Below, piece by piece: positions 23,583-36,905 of a DNA stretch of 64,000 bases (its first letter is position 1; every line of letters starts with the position of its first letter). The stretch is from Neodothiora populina. Its lineage: Eukaryota. A model generated the notes under the pieces. The model made no database searches. It was not told where the DNA came from and saw only the letters and a program-made list of their open reading frames with translations. The stretch is taken from the NCBI RefSeq assembly GCF_041146345.1, contig NW_027191406.1, positions 1,302,001 through 1,366,000 of the forward strand, read 5' to 3'. Both the position numbers and the translations under genes were made by a program.

Positions 23583-25902
23583 CTATGAAGTAGCTGATCT
23601 CAAGATACCCAGCCCCTTGACGCCACTGTAGCCCTCTTCATTCTGCTCTTGTTGCTGGTCATGGTGATGGTGGGTGTGATGCCGTAGAAGTTGTTCTTGC
23701 TGTTCCAGATGGTACTGGTGACTAGCATTGTCCGCATTCTCGTTATTGTCCTCGCCACTACCACGACCGCCACCGGAGCCTCCGCCACTGCCACTGCCAC
23801 CAGCCTTGTCCTCGTCACCGGGCAGGATGATCTCGTGACCAGTACCGTTACGCACTTTGAAACTCGCCGCAGTGCCGATAGCGCTGATAGCAGCAACGTA
23901 CCACCACGCCATACCCACAACACCTCTGTCGAGCCACGTTCCGAACCAGTAACTCGACACAATTGGACCAATTGTTCTGAAAGTTGCCGAGTCTGCTTGG
24001 CCCAGACCGTGGATGGTAGCAAGTACTGAAGGGTGAGGAGATGCGTTGTTGAGCAAGATGATCGAGGCGGGTAGCGCAAACGTGCGCGCTGCAACCTGCA
24101 ACAGGACAACCATGGCTATACCAAGCCAGACCCAGAAGCCTGAAGCTGGATTCGGAGATTCGGATGAAGAAGGCATGAGGGATATGTACGGCGCAAGAAA
24201 ATAAGCCAGAGGGAATAAAAACAGAGATCCGCGGAAACAGCGCATGAGGCCGAAGCGAGCGTTTGCCCGAGGGTATAAAAGGAATTGAAGGATGATTCCC
24301 ACGAAGCCTATAATTGCCATTGCGAAACCAATGGTATGGGGTGGGAATGCGAGACCGCCAGAGAACTTGAAGGCAGAGCGAGCGAGTGCTTTGTGCGGAG
24401 CTTCTTGTTCAGGGGCACTTGGGCTGTACTCGCGAGCGGCAGAGAGGAAGAGGATCCAGAGAGTGCTGAAGGCGCCCATGTGGAAATCAAAGACGGCGAT
24501 GCTGAGGAGAGTCCAGCATACGTTGCTCGTCCACACTCTACGGAAAGGAAGACGAGAAACGGGCCTGTCGTGGCTCTTGCCGTCTTCTGCCAATCTGTCG
24601 AGTTCGACACTTCCTTCTCTTGCATCGTCAGTTGTATGCGAAAGCAGGCCCCGTCTTGACATTGCTGTGTCGTTCACAAGTCTATAGCTTTTCTCTTTCA
24701 TTCCACTGACAGAGGACACCGCAGCTTTCGCTAGGCGGATAGGATTGAAATTGCTGACATCAACTGCGCGGAATCCTTTTAGTGTTTCGTCGAGGAAGAA
24801 GATGCAAAGCGCGGCTTCTGCCCATAGCAAAATGGTAGGCAGGAGATTACAAAGCGCATAAGGGTACTTCTCCATCCATTTGACGCCGTCAGGACCACCG
24901 AAAGTCGAATTGGGTCCGAACAACTGCGGATACGAAGTGACGGGATCCGTGAGGAGACCACTCAGTACTGCAATTCGAGATGTCAGTCTTAGATCTCGAA
25001 GAGGGTCATGGGAAATTAAGCCTACTGGGTCCTGCAACATTCGCGACGTTGAACGCGGCAGGCAGAAGAAGAAAGGCGCGGGGATGCCATCGCTTGTCTA
25101 CAGTTTCCGCGACCATTGTCCTTGCGGCTCCCACAGTACCGTTTATGGCGCCGCTGAGTACTCTCCATGCCACCGCCTGGTGAAAACTTGAGCTGAAGCC
25201 CACGCCGATGCATCCAACACCAGTCCCGATGAGTCCAATGTTCAGAACGAGCTTCCTCCCCACACCTGGCTGATCGGCTGCTCGTCCCCATAATATCGAT
25301 GTAATGATTTGCGCAGCGGTGAATGCGCCTTGTAGCAGACCAGCCTGGTGAGAGATAACACTGTCAGGCAGGGACGGGTCAAACGACTTGAGCTGATGCA
25401 CCATGTACGTCTGGATGGCCGCCATCTGGAAAAAATCCACAAAGCGCGACATGGACAAGATAGCCAATTGGCCCTTCTTTGGCATATTCCACCATGTCGG
25501 CGATGGCGGCGGGAATGTCACTACATGTTCTGAATCAGGATGTGGTGTCCCCGCGCCTTCGGGGAGCCGCGCCGAGGAAGTCCAGGGAGTCAGCGAAGGC
25601 TTGCGCCCAGGTGGTATTGAGATTCCTGTAAGGTTGCCGTCGTACTTGGGTGCCTGTGATTTGTACTTTTCAGGCTCTATAATTTGTGGAAACCCGCCTT
25701 TGCTTCCCTTGCCTGCCTCCAGCGTGCGAGGAGTATTGTTTCCTGTGGTGGACACGTCCGAGAAAAAAGCGCCGCCTTCTTCGTCTTCTCTATACGGAGA
25801 GTTATATGGAGAACCTGTAGACCCACGTTCAAAAGGTTGCAGTCGCAGCGTGTCTGAACCGTGACGTTGGCGAAGATGCTTTGAATTCTGGTGACGATGC
25901 AT
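23583..25902 (-). CDS. Major facilitator superfamily transporter
   Basis: Motif-A-like WGRAADQPGVGRK and multiple hydrophobic helices. Intron 25025-24968 joins NVAGP|ILSGLL in frame. Confidence 0.9.
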
Positions 25903-28046
25903 CCTCGTGGCTCGATGAACCCTAAAAGAGATAGCTTATCTGCGGGGAAATACGAGAGAAGAGACAAGTCTAATGCAGCGAATGGAGAACACCGGGAGCG
26001 TTTTTCCAAGCGAGCCTAAGTGTACTCGCATAAAGACAAGAAAGAAAAATAACTAGCGAGAAAGAGAGACTGGAGAAGAAATACGACTATTGATTGACAG
26101 AAAAGAAAAGAAAAAGAGAAACACAGTGGATCAACAACAACTCTGCCCTCGTCGGAGAGAAGAAGAACAGACACCTACGATAATACAAAACACCCACTCT
26201 TCCAGTTCCCTTTGCCTTTGCCAAGAGCAGGCCGCGTTTGAAGTCTTCGTCAAGCCGGCCACTCTGTGACATTTGATGAAGAGAAGCCGGGAGCAGATGT
26301 GATGCGTGTGTGCACGAACGGCACTAGCATCAGGGCAACTTTAGCTATATGCACGGTCCGCTGCGTCCACGCGCGCCTGCTGTGGCCTCTTCTGTAAGTG
26401 GCACTACTCTATTTACTTCACCTGCCGGCCGGCCATCGTGCATGTAGTACATGTATGTGCGCACGCAAGCAAAGATGAGGTGATCGGTAGATGTTTAGAG
26501 TAGGTAAGGTAGGCTGTACTATCTCTGGTGGGGCGCCACTTATACTGTGCCAGCCTAAACCTACTTTCTTGGTAGCACAACTCATCCTGCCCACCTCTCC
26601 TCCTATTACCGTTGTCGACAATTGCGTCGTAAGTCAATGTGGTCGTGCCCTACTGAAAGCCGCGAATCCTATCAGAACCACGTTTCTAGTCTGGCGGAGC
26701 TTACTGTACAGGAGCCGACAACGTTCGGACGCCCGAGACGAGGTCTTGAAATGGGTGATATACGGAGTACTGTACACACATATGTGCAGTGGCAAGAGAG
26801 ACCTCATGGCAGAAAGACCTATACCAATGTCTTCGAGTAGCCATACAAGCTATCTTACAAGTCCAATTGCATGACGACATGCCCAGTTTCGGCACCAAGC
26901 GATAGCTCACAAGAAACACGATCTACACTCCCTAAGAGCAGTATCACAACAGTGACCCATACAACACAAAGTAGCAGTGCACTCCCTCCCAAGATCTCCA
27001 TTGTTTACTTGTCCAAAGAGCGACTTATTAAGAACCCCCAGTAGCACAGCAACGAGAGAACAACCCCACCGCAAGCGCAAGTGAGTACCCACAACGCAAG
27101 CGCACTGTTAGAACCACAAAACAAACCGCGGCATTGGCGTGATCGCAGCGGCTTTCTTGAGCGAACAACGGGAGTTTTGGCCGAATCACCTACCCTAGCC
27201 TACCCTACCCTACGCATTCTTGCTTTGGCTTACGTTGTCCATGCGGTGCGGCATGGTATTGCACAACCCGAACTGACATAATTGATGTGAGCTGATGTAT
27301 GATAGACCAAGGTAACGCGAACGCGAGTTTTTTCCCTTCCTGTACTGTACCTTCCCCCAGGTTATGAATGAATGGCCGCTGTACTTCGGTGAATTCGGCA
27401 TCTTTCCTCTTGGCATCCCATCCCCTTCCCCTTTGTGGAGCGTCTGCTGAGAGTGAGCTGAGCGAGGGGGCTTTCACTATTGAATCTTGGCATCCGTCTG
27501 TTCCTTCTTCTTGTGCCTTATCAGGAGACCAAGGTGTTCTGTTATGAGAGGAGCGTTGCTTGGGTGCGCAATGGAGTGGCTAGTGATTAAGACAGTGTGG
27601 TCTATATTTCTAGGTTGGTGGGGTATCAATGTATGACAGCTTCGTAGTGGAGCCTCTAGTAGCGGCTGCGGCTTGCAGTGCTGTGGTTTATGTCGTTTTG
27701 ACGTGATAATGGCACTCGATAAATAGGTGATGAAATGCTCTTGTCATGAATATATTTACCAGAATATGATCTCTGTCTAGTAGTAGTTTTGTGGTATAGT
27801 AGTAAAAAGGGAATACGATCCCCGCGGGTATTTTGGCATGATAAGGAAAACAAAACTCCTCCTCGAAATCGCTCGACATTGTTTGTCGCCTCCTCTTATC
27901 TCTTTCTTCTTCCTCTTCCTCTTCTCACTCTCTATGGCAACAGACTTTAGGAAAACCAGCCCCCATTCTTGCGCCCCGTGCCATATGCATATCCCCCGAC
28001 GCTGAATCAATCAGATTTGACAAAAGGGAAGTCCCTAGCGATGCTC

Positions 28047-30073
28047 TCAGTAATGGTCTGAGTACTTTTCCATGTTGTTGACTTTGGCGTACTTGCCGAA
28101 CAGGCGGCTGTTCGCGCAAGCTTCTCTGAGAGGAGAAATACTTGCTGCCACCTGCCTCCGTGCCATGAATAATCCCATGATCGCAAGGAACACCGTGGCC
28201 ATGGCACCGATGAGCAGAATCGCCGAGCCTCCTGTTTCGATATCTTGCTCCTCAGGGCCCTGTCCAGGCCGGGGCTCGACCGGGTCCAATTCGGCATAGT
28301 ACTGCGCAGTGTTGTAGCCGCGATTGGGGCTTTGTAGCTCCGGATAAGTCTCGAGCAGACCAAAGTCCATCTCGTCGAGTTCGCCAGCGTGTTCGGCCTT
28401 TCCGCAGCCCCAGTCCGTGCAGTGTTCACGCAGACCTTGACTGGGAAGGAATGTCTTTGCGATAACGCTACGTTCGAGTGCTACACCCTCCACGTCTAAC
28501 GCCTCTGCAAACGCCCAGCCCGTGACATTCATGTACCGCGCGACTGTCTCGAATCCGTCTTTCTTCGCGTTGCCCACAAGGGAAAACGGGCCAGCCGCGT
28601 TCCCTGAGGCGTAGAAGTTCCACGAGTCAACCTCGGTAGCCCCATTCCAGGATACGTAAAACACCATGCCAGAAGCATCATCTCCGGTGCGCGAGTAGGT
28701 CCACAACGCAGGCTTTGTTAGAGGCTGTCCAATCCAGGGGAATTTGTATGATCGGTAAATCATAACATTACTAGCGCGATGTGCGACCTTTGCATACATG
28801 ACAGCTGATCCATCCGCCGTGTGTTCTGAGTAGTGTGCATGCTCTCCCCAGCCGATATGAACATTACCGTTGGGAAGAAGCTGGATGTTACCCTGCGATC
28901 CAGAAAGAAGCCCACCTTCCGGCTCAGGGGCATCATAGGCCTTGAATGCAGTGGCGGTCCTCGCGACGTGGTCAATAGTGATAAAGTATCCTCGGGAGTA
29001 CTTATCAGTGATATTCACTCCGTTGCTGGCATTGTCGTAGAATGTCAAGGTGGTGTGGGTTCCATTCTCATTGAGCCAGCGAGCGTGGTGCTGAGACGAG
29101 AAGTTGAAGTTTGTCTGCTCAAAGGTTGGGTTTGCTCCACCGAGCTCCCACAAGACGCTGCCGTCCTTGCCGGAGAGCTTGTAAATAGCTGCCATGTGTC
29201 GTGCGGAGATCAGGTAGTCGCCCTCCTCGTTTTTGTCAATCGAGTTGATATGGAAATAATCCCAAGGCGTGTTCTCTGTGAGACCATCTCCGGAAGTATC
29301 AGTCGTTGCCGGCATGGTGTAGCCAAGACTTGGATCAAGATGGTCTGCACTCCTCCACTCGAAGACGACACGGCCGGTGTCTATCTCAATTTCTTGGAAA
29401 ACACCCTCTACAATCCAACCTATGCCACCCTTGATTCGATATCTCGGGTTAGTGGTGAGATCGTACATGCGCGGTTGATAGACAGTCATGAGCGCAGTCT
29501 TGCTGTCTGAATATGGAGTAATTCTGAACTCATGCATATCACTGGAAGCTCCAGCGCCCGAAGCTTCCACTGTCTTGACAATGCGATAATGGTTGTCCAT
29601 GATCACACCATGACCTCTGGCAAAGCCTTGGTGTTGTTCTCCTTGGAAGTAGCAAAGATGCTCCTCGCCTTTGTAGACACATGTATGCGGCGCATGTGCT
29701 GTTTTTGGTCCACTTGATCCGGCTCCCGACCAGACAAGATTTCCATAGTTGTCGTAGATGTATGGACCCGGATCCACATTTCGGTAAGGCGCGACAAAAA
29801 TATAACCTGGCGCAACAAGTTCTGGCCGTAGTAAATCTATCTCAACGATCGGTGAATGTAAGTCCGGTCTCTGCAGCAAGGTACGGTCAGCTGGGTGGTT
29901 ACCCATGGCGTCGTCTCGCCAAGAACTTGATGCTGGCTGCGTTCAAGGCAAGTCTATAGACATACCGACTTGAATTGATGTGTAGGACTTGTGTCATTAT
30001 TAAGCTGGCCAGATGCTACCTGTAGCAGAAGCGCAGCTGACGATATTAATCCGAGGAATGAAGATCTTGCCAT
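28047..30073 (-). CDS. Arylsulfotransferase (ASST-domain) protein with a signal peptide and C-terminal transmembrane helix
   Basis: Exon 1 is MARSSFLGLISSAALLLQVASG..FKS; intron 29965-29871; then RPDL..GPYIYD..DMHEF..WDYFHINSIDK..YLISARH..QHHARW..SQGNIQLLPNGN..YVSWNGATEV. Confidence 0.9.
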
Positions 30074-32558
30074 AGCGACAGTATTAAAGAAATGAATCAC
30101 TAGGAAAACAATGGAAGCCGAGGTGCACTCTTGGCCTTCGAGACTGAAGCTTCGGTTGCTTATATGTATGCAATGCTATGTCGTGGATCAAGAGAGTTGT
30201 AGATTCGTATCCAACGATGAAGAAGAGAAGAAACAGCACAAGCAGACGGAAACCAAAAGGGGAGGGGGAAAGAAGGTCCAGCTTCTGCATCAAACCGTTT
30301 CCATATGTATCCGTTTTGTCGACCACAAGCGATCATGAATGATGAGTGGATGCTGCACAATAAGGTAAGTCAACGCCAAGGATAAGGGGTTTAATCTGAT
30401 ACACTACGCGGCCCCCCTTATGTTCGAGAAGGAGGCGGCGCCGGTGGCTGGTGGCGGGACTTCAAACATTTGATGCGCCCATCGCTACATACAAGTATTT
30501 TTGCATGATTCAAGGTCATTTAGGATAATGCGATTCTAGGGCGAGTGACCTACTAATGTGTCTTTGCTACTATGTATAAGGAGCACCTGACATCAGGATA
30601 TACACACCATGTGCTCGTATCCGGGCTGCTCATGAACAACGACCGGACGAGGAGTAACACTGACAGGCGCAGATTTTCCCTGTACAGATGAAACAAACAA
30701 CGAAGACATGCGGGGATTGATGCGGTTCGGAATACACGCGCGTTCTCTGCTTCTCTTTCGACATTGGATCGTCGAAGCATGGCCCTCGAGCACGGTCTGT
30801 GGATTTTGGTAATGACGAGTCATTGTCGAAATCGACCGGCGGCGCAAGTGTCAAAGCGGCGTGAGGCAGCGTACCTAGTCGTCGACCCTATAATCAACCC
30901 TTGATTGGTTCACCTTCTTGCCGACACCAGGGAAGACACTTTGACATGGAGTGGTAATATATGTGACTAGTCGCTTTGCAGATACCTTCTGCGACAGAAC
31001 TATAGCTCTTGTGGATCAAATCAATTGATAGGTGCAGGCGAAGCAGAGCTGCGACAGACTGTGCTACTGTCCCGACGACCAACACCAAGGATCTCCACCG
31101 GAAAAGTGTATATCATCGCCATCTAGTATGAAAGCTCAGGCCTAATCTAGCCTTGCATATCACACGTCCCGCCTCCACTATCTCCGGGCGACAAGGCGTC
31201 AGTGCATGCTCATTGATGGTAAACAAACCCCGTGAGACGCTGTCCGTGGAGGGGCAGTGAAGCCGATCAGTATCGAATCAGTCGATAAAACATATCGAGC
31301 CCTCGCTATCACCCGCGTCATTGGCCGGCCACCACTCGAACCATCAATGAGCGATTACGTATGGTCCTAGAGATGACATGCTGTACTACGCGGTATCACT
31401 CTCAGCTGCCTAAGGAACCAGGCGGAAACTCCACTATTGTCGTCTTTCTCAGGCTGGTTGGCGGAGCAAAAGTCTACACCGCATAGAAGATCGCTGTCCC
31501 GGTGGCTGTAACCTGGTAAGCATCACTGGACAATGAGTATAACAAAAGCAGGCAGAGAGGGAGGCTGAAAGTGGAACCCATGCTGGTAGTCGATGGAATT
31601 ACCGAAATCGGCATCCATAATGAAAAATGGATGAATGAGGAGTGACTGGGGAGGCTATTGCGACACGCGTCAGCGCACGCATCGACAGTTTTAGATAAGA
31701 TGGGATTGGGAAAGGAATGATCTTGGGTGAGCATCAATGCGGGTGGCTGCATGTCATGTAATATTGGAGAGATTGGTACGGTAAGGTAAATTGACTACCA
31801 TCTCAATGAGGGTGTTTCATTTCTGTCCTGCACTCCGCGGAGGGAAACCCTCGTCACCAGCAATATATCGCAGCACAGGACTTAGTCAAGCGGTGGGGAT
31901 TTTTGGGGCTCCTGAAACACCGCTGTGCAATTCGCTTGATAGTCAAACCGTGTCTCATCCGCTGTATCACAGTATGCTGTTTGCTTGTAAGAGAAGTCCA
32001 ATGCAGTATGATCGTCTGAACCAAGCCGGAACATCACAGATCAAGGAGAGAGAGTGTGGCGTGTGTGAGCAAGTATATGCAGTTTAGCGGAAAGATAAAG
32101 ATAATAGATTTGTGTGGATCATAATGATTCCCCTAACAGGCGCATCGAAAGGGTGTGTGAGAAATATTAACACACAAGGCAGGTTTTGTTGCAGATAGTC
32201 TTGCTTCTTATACGTTGTACTTTTGAATGTGTGGATGATCGCGATGAGCGTGTTGGACTTTTCTTCATGTAACTGTTGAAGCAAACGATAGCCGTGCCGA
32301 TGGAGCGAAGGCCTAAACAAAAAAGAGAAAACGCCTGAGGCCGGAACTATTTGACCTTGCGTGCGATAATGTAACCCGTATCCGAAGCCTTTAAACCCAT
32401 TGATGAAAATCCCCAAGACGGCATTAGTGTTGCCTTTCCGGTGCTCGTTTACACTTTACCCAAAAACGCCACGTTCGCCGATTTAGACTCATCGTCCAGA
32501 GTCATCCCTTGACGCGCTCGATGAAAGTTGAAAATGAAATATGCAGTTGAAGAGTTGT

Positions 32559-33545
32559 TCAGGCGAGCAGGGAGCCCCTTGAGCCGATGAACCGGCGAAT
32601 GGTCATGGCGGCCGAGAAGGCGGTGGCAGCGACTGAGCCACCGACCACAAGGCAGCGGAAGGCGACGTTCATCATCTGGGCGCGGTTGCGAGCGCGGCAT
32701 CGGTCGACAAATCCATCGGTGTCGTTGGTTCGAGGGAATTTGACGCCCTCTGGAACAGGAACCTCGAGGAAGTCACATAGAGGCTTCCAGCCCTCGCCCA
32801 TCTTGTATTCAAGCAATCTGTCCTTGGGAACCATTGCCCGGATCTCGTCGTAGTAATCAATGTACTTTTGCTTGCCGTTTTTCTCGAAATCACCACCAAA
32901 GAAGACGTCCCAGAACTCTGCAGTGACATGTCAGTTGCGCTCCAGATGGTAGACTTTGCGGTAAAACTCACTCTTGAGCATTGGTTGGTAGAGGCCAGCT
33001 CCCCAATCAAATTTGGCCACGGCCTTGAGCTCTGGGTCATTGGCGCGCCAATCGACAGTCTTCATGGTCGATGCGTGCCATGAATCAACGTCACGGCCAG
33101 TTACAAGGACCTTTGCCTCAGGGTAGGCTTCGATCAGTTCTTTGGCGAATGCAACGGCGGGCCAATCGCACACAGCCTGGCAGTGTCCGAGGAGTTGGTC
33201 CCATTGCTCGCGACCAAAAGTACCGACACCGTCGTACTTGGCAGCGAAAGCATCCTGCCACATTAGGCAGTCAGGGGGGTTTTCAACAGATGCAGACATC
33301 ATGTGATAGCAGTCATCAAAGCCCAATTGCTTGAGGGCAGTGCGAAGGGCTGAACATCAAATCAGTACAAGGCAGCGGTGAGGCGGTTCCTCTAAACACA
33401 TACAAGCAGTTCCAGTTCTTCCAAGACCGAGAGCAAGCACTCTCATGGGGACGGTTCGCACACACTTTCTGCGGTCAATGTCCGTGTCTGCAGTGAAGAT
33501 GTCCGTGATGGGCTTGGGCGTGTAGGGCATGTTTGCGTAAGCCAT
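32559..33545 (-). CDS. P-loop sulfotransferase-family protein (Sulfotransfer_4-like; often annotated NAD-dependent epimerase) with a C-terminal hydrophobic anchor
   Basis: Motifs VLALGLGRTGTASLRTALKQLGFDDCYHM, AVCDWPA, YPEAKV..TGRDVDSW..S, VPKDRLL..GEGWKPLCDFL..FPRTND. Introns 33403-33350 and 32971-32918. Confidence 0.88.
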
Positions 33546-36500
33546 TGTGAATGTTGTTTGTCTGGTTAGACGTAGTTGTAGATGTAGCGTATGAAAGTTG
33601 GAACAAGTAAACAAGCAAAGTCGGCTCGTATTAAAGTGGTATACAGTTCGGGCGGTAAAGAGTGGACAGCGGGACTAAGTTGAATTTAGACCAGCAAGGA
33701 AGGAGGTTGAGGAGAGATGTGGAGCAGTCTTGATCGACGGCAGGAAGAAAGTTGGGAAACAGAAAAAGAGTTGGCAGGGCAAGGAATGAAGGTCATGTAC
33801 CAAACGAGAGTGATAGTCGACGGGAGACACTAGCTTTCTTGTACCCGGGAGTGGGACAGGCAAGACACAAAAAGTCGGTTATCCCTTTTTCTGTGAGGGG
33901 CCGATCTGACTGCGCAGTTGTTGATTGCAAGGCGAGTAAAGCTCCGCCCTCGCTCTGTTTTACACAGTACGGGGTATCTCATGTGTTCCCAAGCCCCTGT
34001 TACGGCGGTTTCAACTGTCGACCAGTGATGCGTCCGTTTCACTAACCCTGCGCATGCCCGTTGCGCGTCCTTTTTCTGGTGATCACACTTGGCACGACGA
34101 GCGTAATCTGGGCATGCGTAAAGTGGCGCCGCATCAGCATCATCGTCTTTTCTTTTCGATTGTGTGGCTGAAAGCAGGGACGTGTTCTCTGACGACTTGA
34201 TATACTGCACTGTTGCAGATACAGCCCCCTCCATTCAATAGCGCATGTGTGTGTATTTGCCGCGTGGTGCAATACATTACTTATCGCATGGACAGTGCGA
34301 GGTGCGAATACAGGCATTCGTCATTTGGCGGTACAGGTACAAGTAAATATCGTTAAGGGTAAGGTAAGGGCAGGCTTGCGGTCAAACAGCTTGGCGCCCC
34401 ATTCTTTGCCTTTTAGTTCAAGCCCGCCAGCGACGCCCTCTCATGGCAAACCGTTGGTCGTTGTCATTGCGATTGTTCCAACGTCAACCTCCCGAGCAAC
34501 TGCATCTTCTTCGCAGGAGCCGTTTCGCTCTTTTTGGGTATGTAGAACACGCAGCAGCTTGATGTCTGTTGTATACGATATCGTATGTCGATATATCGGA
34601 GAATGATTGCACCACCTTGATGCCAATGCCAGATATGCTTTTCCGCGACGAGACATCACATCTCTTGCCCGGGCCCAGGACTATAGAGAACACGGTATCT
34701 ATCAAGCCGCCCGCCTTGGCCTCGGTTATTGACTTGAAAGCTACCACACAGACTTCACTTTGTGAAATGACTGAAGACTGAGCCTGTTTTTCTTCCTACT
34801 GTACAGGAGACGGTGGGGAAATTGCAATACCCTACTACATAGCACATGGCTTGCGAAGAATAAAACCCACGCTCGGTCTGAACCTTGTTATCGCCGCGTA
34901 TGTGGCTGATGTGGTGGTTTTTGTGCATAGAAGCGAAGCGATATCAACCGCTCGGCAGCCTGTTTAACGTGAGTGGAAGCCCCATTCACAAAACTCACAT
35001 GTACTGTACAGTACTGCGGGACGGGAATGTTGTGGATCTTCGATATGTTTTCTCACTTTGATAACGGTCTCCTCGCTTTCACCACGGCTACGGTTTGGTC
35101 GGAAAGAAAGTCCATCGTTGCCGTCTCCTGTGCAGTACCGCGCGTTGCATGGAAATAACTGCTGCAAACGACAGTACTCTGCGCATGATTATCTCCGGCT
35201 TTTCCTGCACAGGAGCCCTGCGGTTGATGCATATATCCAGAACGATCACCTGCGCAAGTATCCAAGAGGCGCCGGACAAACTCGCCGAACCAATAGGGAT
35301 GATTGTCCTGACGACTGCCCGTCTCGAGACTCTACAGTAGCAGAGAACACACACGTTCATCAAACTCTAATTTCTATGTCTTGAGCCAAATCCACAAGCC
35401 ATGCCGTACAAGTGAAGTAGTGTGGGTAAGGTATTCTTTTTCTCGAATGAACCCCCTTGTCCGAGATCTGCCACGCGGGTGTGATCATCGGGGGCAAGAG
35501 CAAAACGGTGATTGACTTTCACCACTGCCGCTGCTTGCTGCAAAGTACCTTGAGCTTCGACAAGGGATATGCGGGACAGCCCTGAGATTCTGGAAAAGTT
35601 AAAAGTCGTGCCGCATTACCTTACTGTTCCTTTGCTTTACAGTACATATTATGGCCAGTCCACGTATTGTAATGACGAGTCTTGATGATGCGGCAAAATG
35701 AACAGACAATCGATATTGGACGGAATACAAGGTAGGTGGATCTATGCTTGGAAGAAACGCTTGTTTCGATTCTTCTCCACGTCTTGTATTGATTAAGGTA
35801 AGGTAGGGTTTCGGTATGTACTGCGTATTGTACTGTACCTTTCAAGATCTAGCATTTCAAGGTGTCTTATACACGTACCCCGGTTATATGCGAAATACTG
35901 TAGTCAAGGTGCTTTCCCATGCTCACACTTTAGCCAAGTCCATGTACATACATACATAGCACTTTAGCCAAGGTACATCACCATGCATGATCTATCTCAG
36001 CCGACAATAAATCAATGCCATCGCCCTGTCCCTCTGTTCTCTCAGGACGAGGTGGTCTGAGAGCATCTACCACCGTCAGCACTACACTATTCCCCATTCC
36101 CGTTCCTCTTCAGTATGTTCAAGGTATGACACCATGCTCTTGTCAGTTCAGGACTGCCTTGCCACGATTGCTCCATTGGATCAGGATGTCATGCTTAGGA
36201 TATTACTCCCAAGGCTTCCCTTTCCTGGGGCCCATGCCTGGGTATACGACCGTTGGCGAACCTTTCATCGATACCAGTATCTAGTCGAAGAACACACCGC
36301 CTGAGATAATAGACGGTGCAGTGCGGTGCAGTGCGGTGCAATGAACAGCAGCGAGCTCTTATGACACTCACGACAAAAAAAAATCCCAATATATGTCACA
36401 TATCATATACTCTCCAATAATCCCACCAGATAAAGCTTATTCTACCTCTCATATACCAACCAAACGTAACATAACATAATGGTATCAACTGTAATACACG

Positions 36501-36905
36501 TGCTACTGATGCAACCGAATAGATGAGGCTGTGTATAGTCAGAGATCATGCATCCACCATAGGCGTGTAGATGAACAAACTCCGGCGTCAGTGGTGGACT
36601 AGTATTTGTTGTATTCATGTTCATATCTTGTCTCCGCTTGATTATGCAAGAAGTAAAGAGAGAGGAAGTCCAGCGATGGAGACGAGCAGACGCCCATTAG
36701 ATATAACCAGGAAACAAAGCCGAAAATTGGAATAATGTTCGTATATCATATTCAAATCAGTACCCATGATCCCTCATAGCTCTCTAGAGCCAAGTCAAAA
36801 ACAGAACTCCCTTCTCGCTAATTCTCAACCCCTCATGTTCCATGCTCGCATCATTGCAGATATGAATGTCTCTCTCGAGCAACACATCTCATGTCAAACA
36901 TTCGA

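Noticed and set aside
30339..30399. ATGATGA...CTGA pair resembling a box C/D snoRNA
   Set aside because: No terminal stem or recognisable rRNA-antisense guide, and such pairs arise by chance (as at ~52698).
34042..34050. CTAACCCT as a possible telomerase RNA template in the long intergenic region
   Set aside because: Followed by G rather than AA, so it lacks the ~1.5-repeat TAACCCTAA template; no supporting elements seen.
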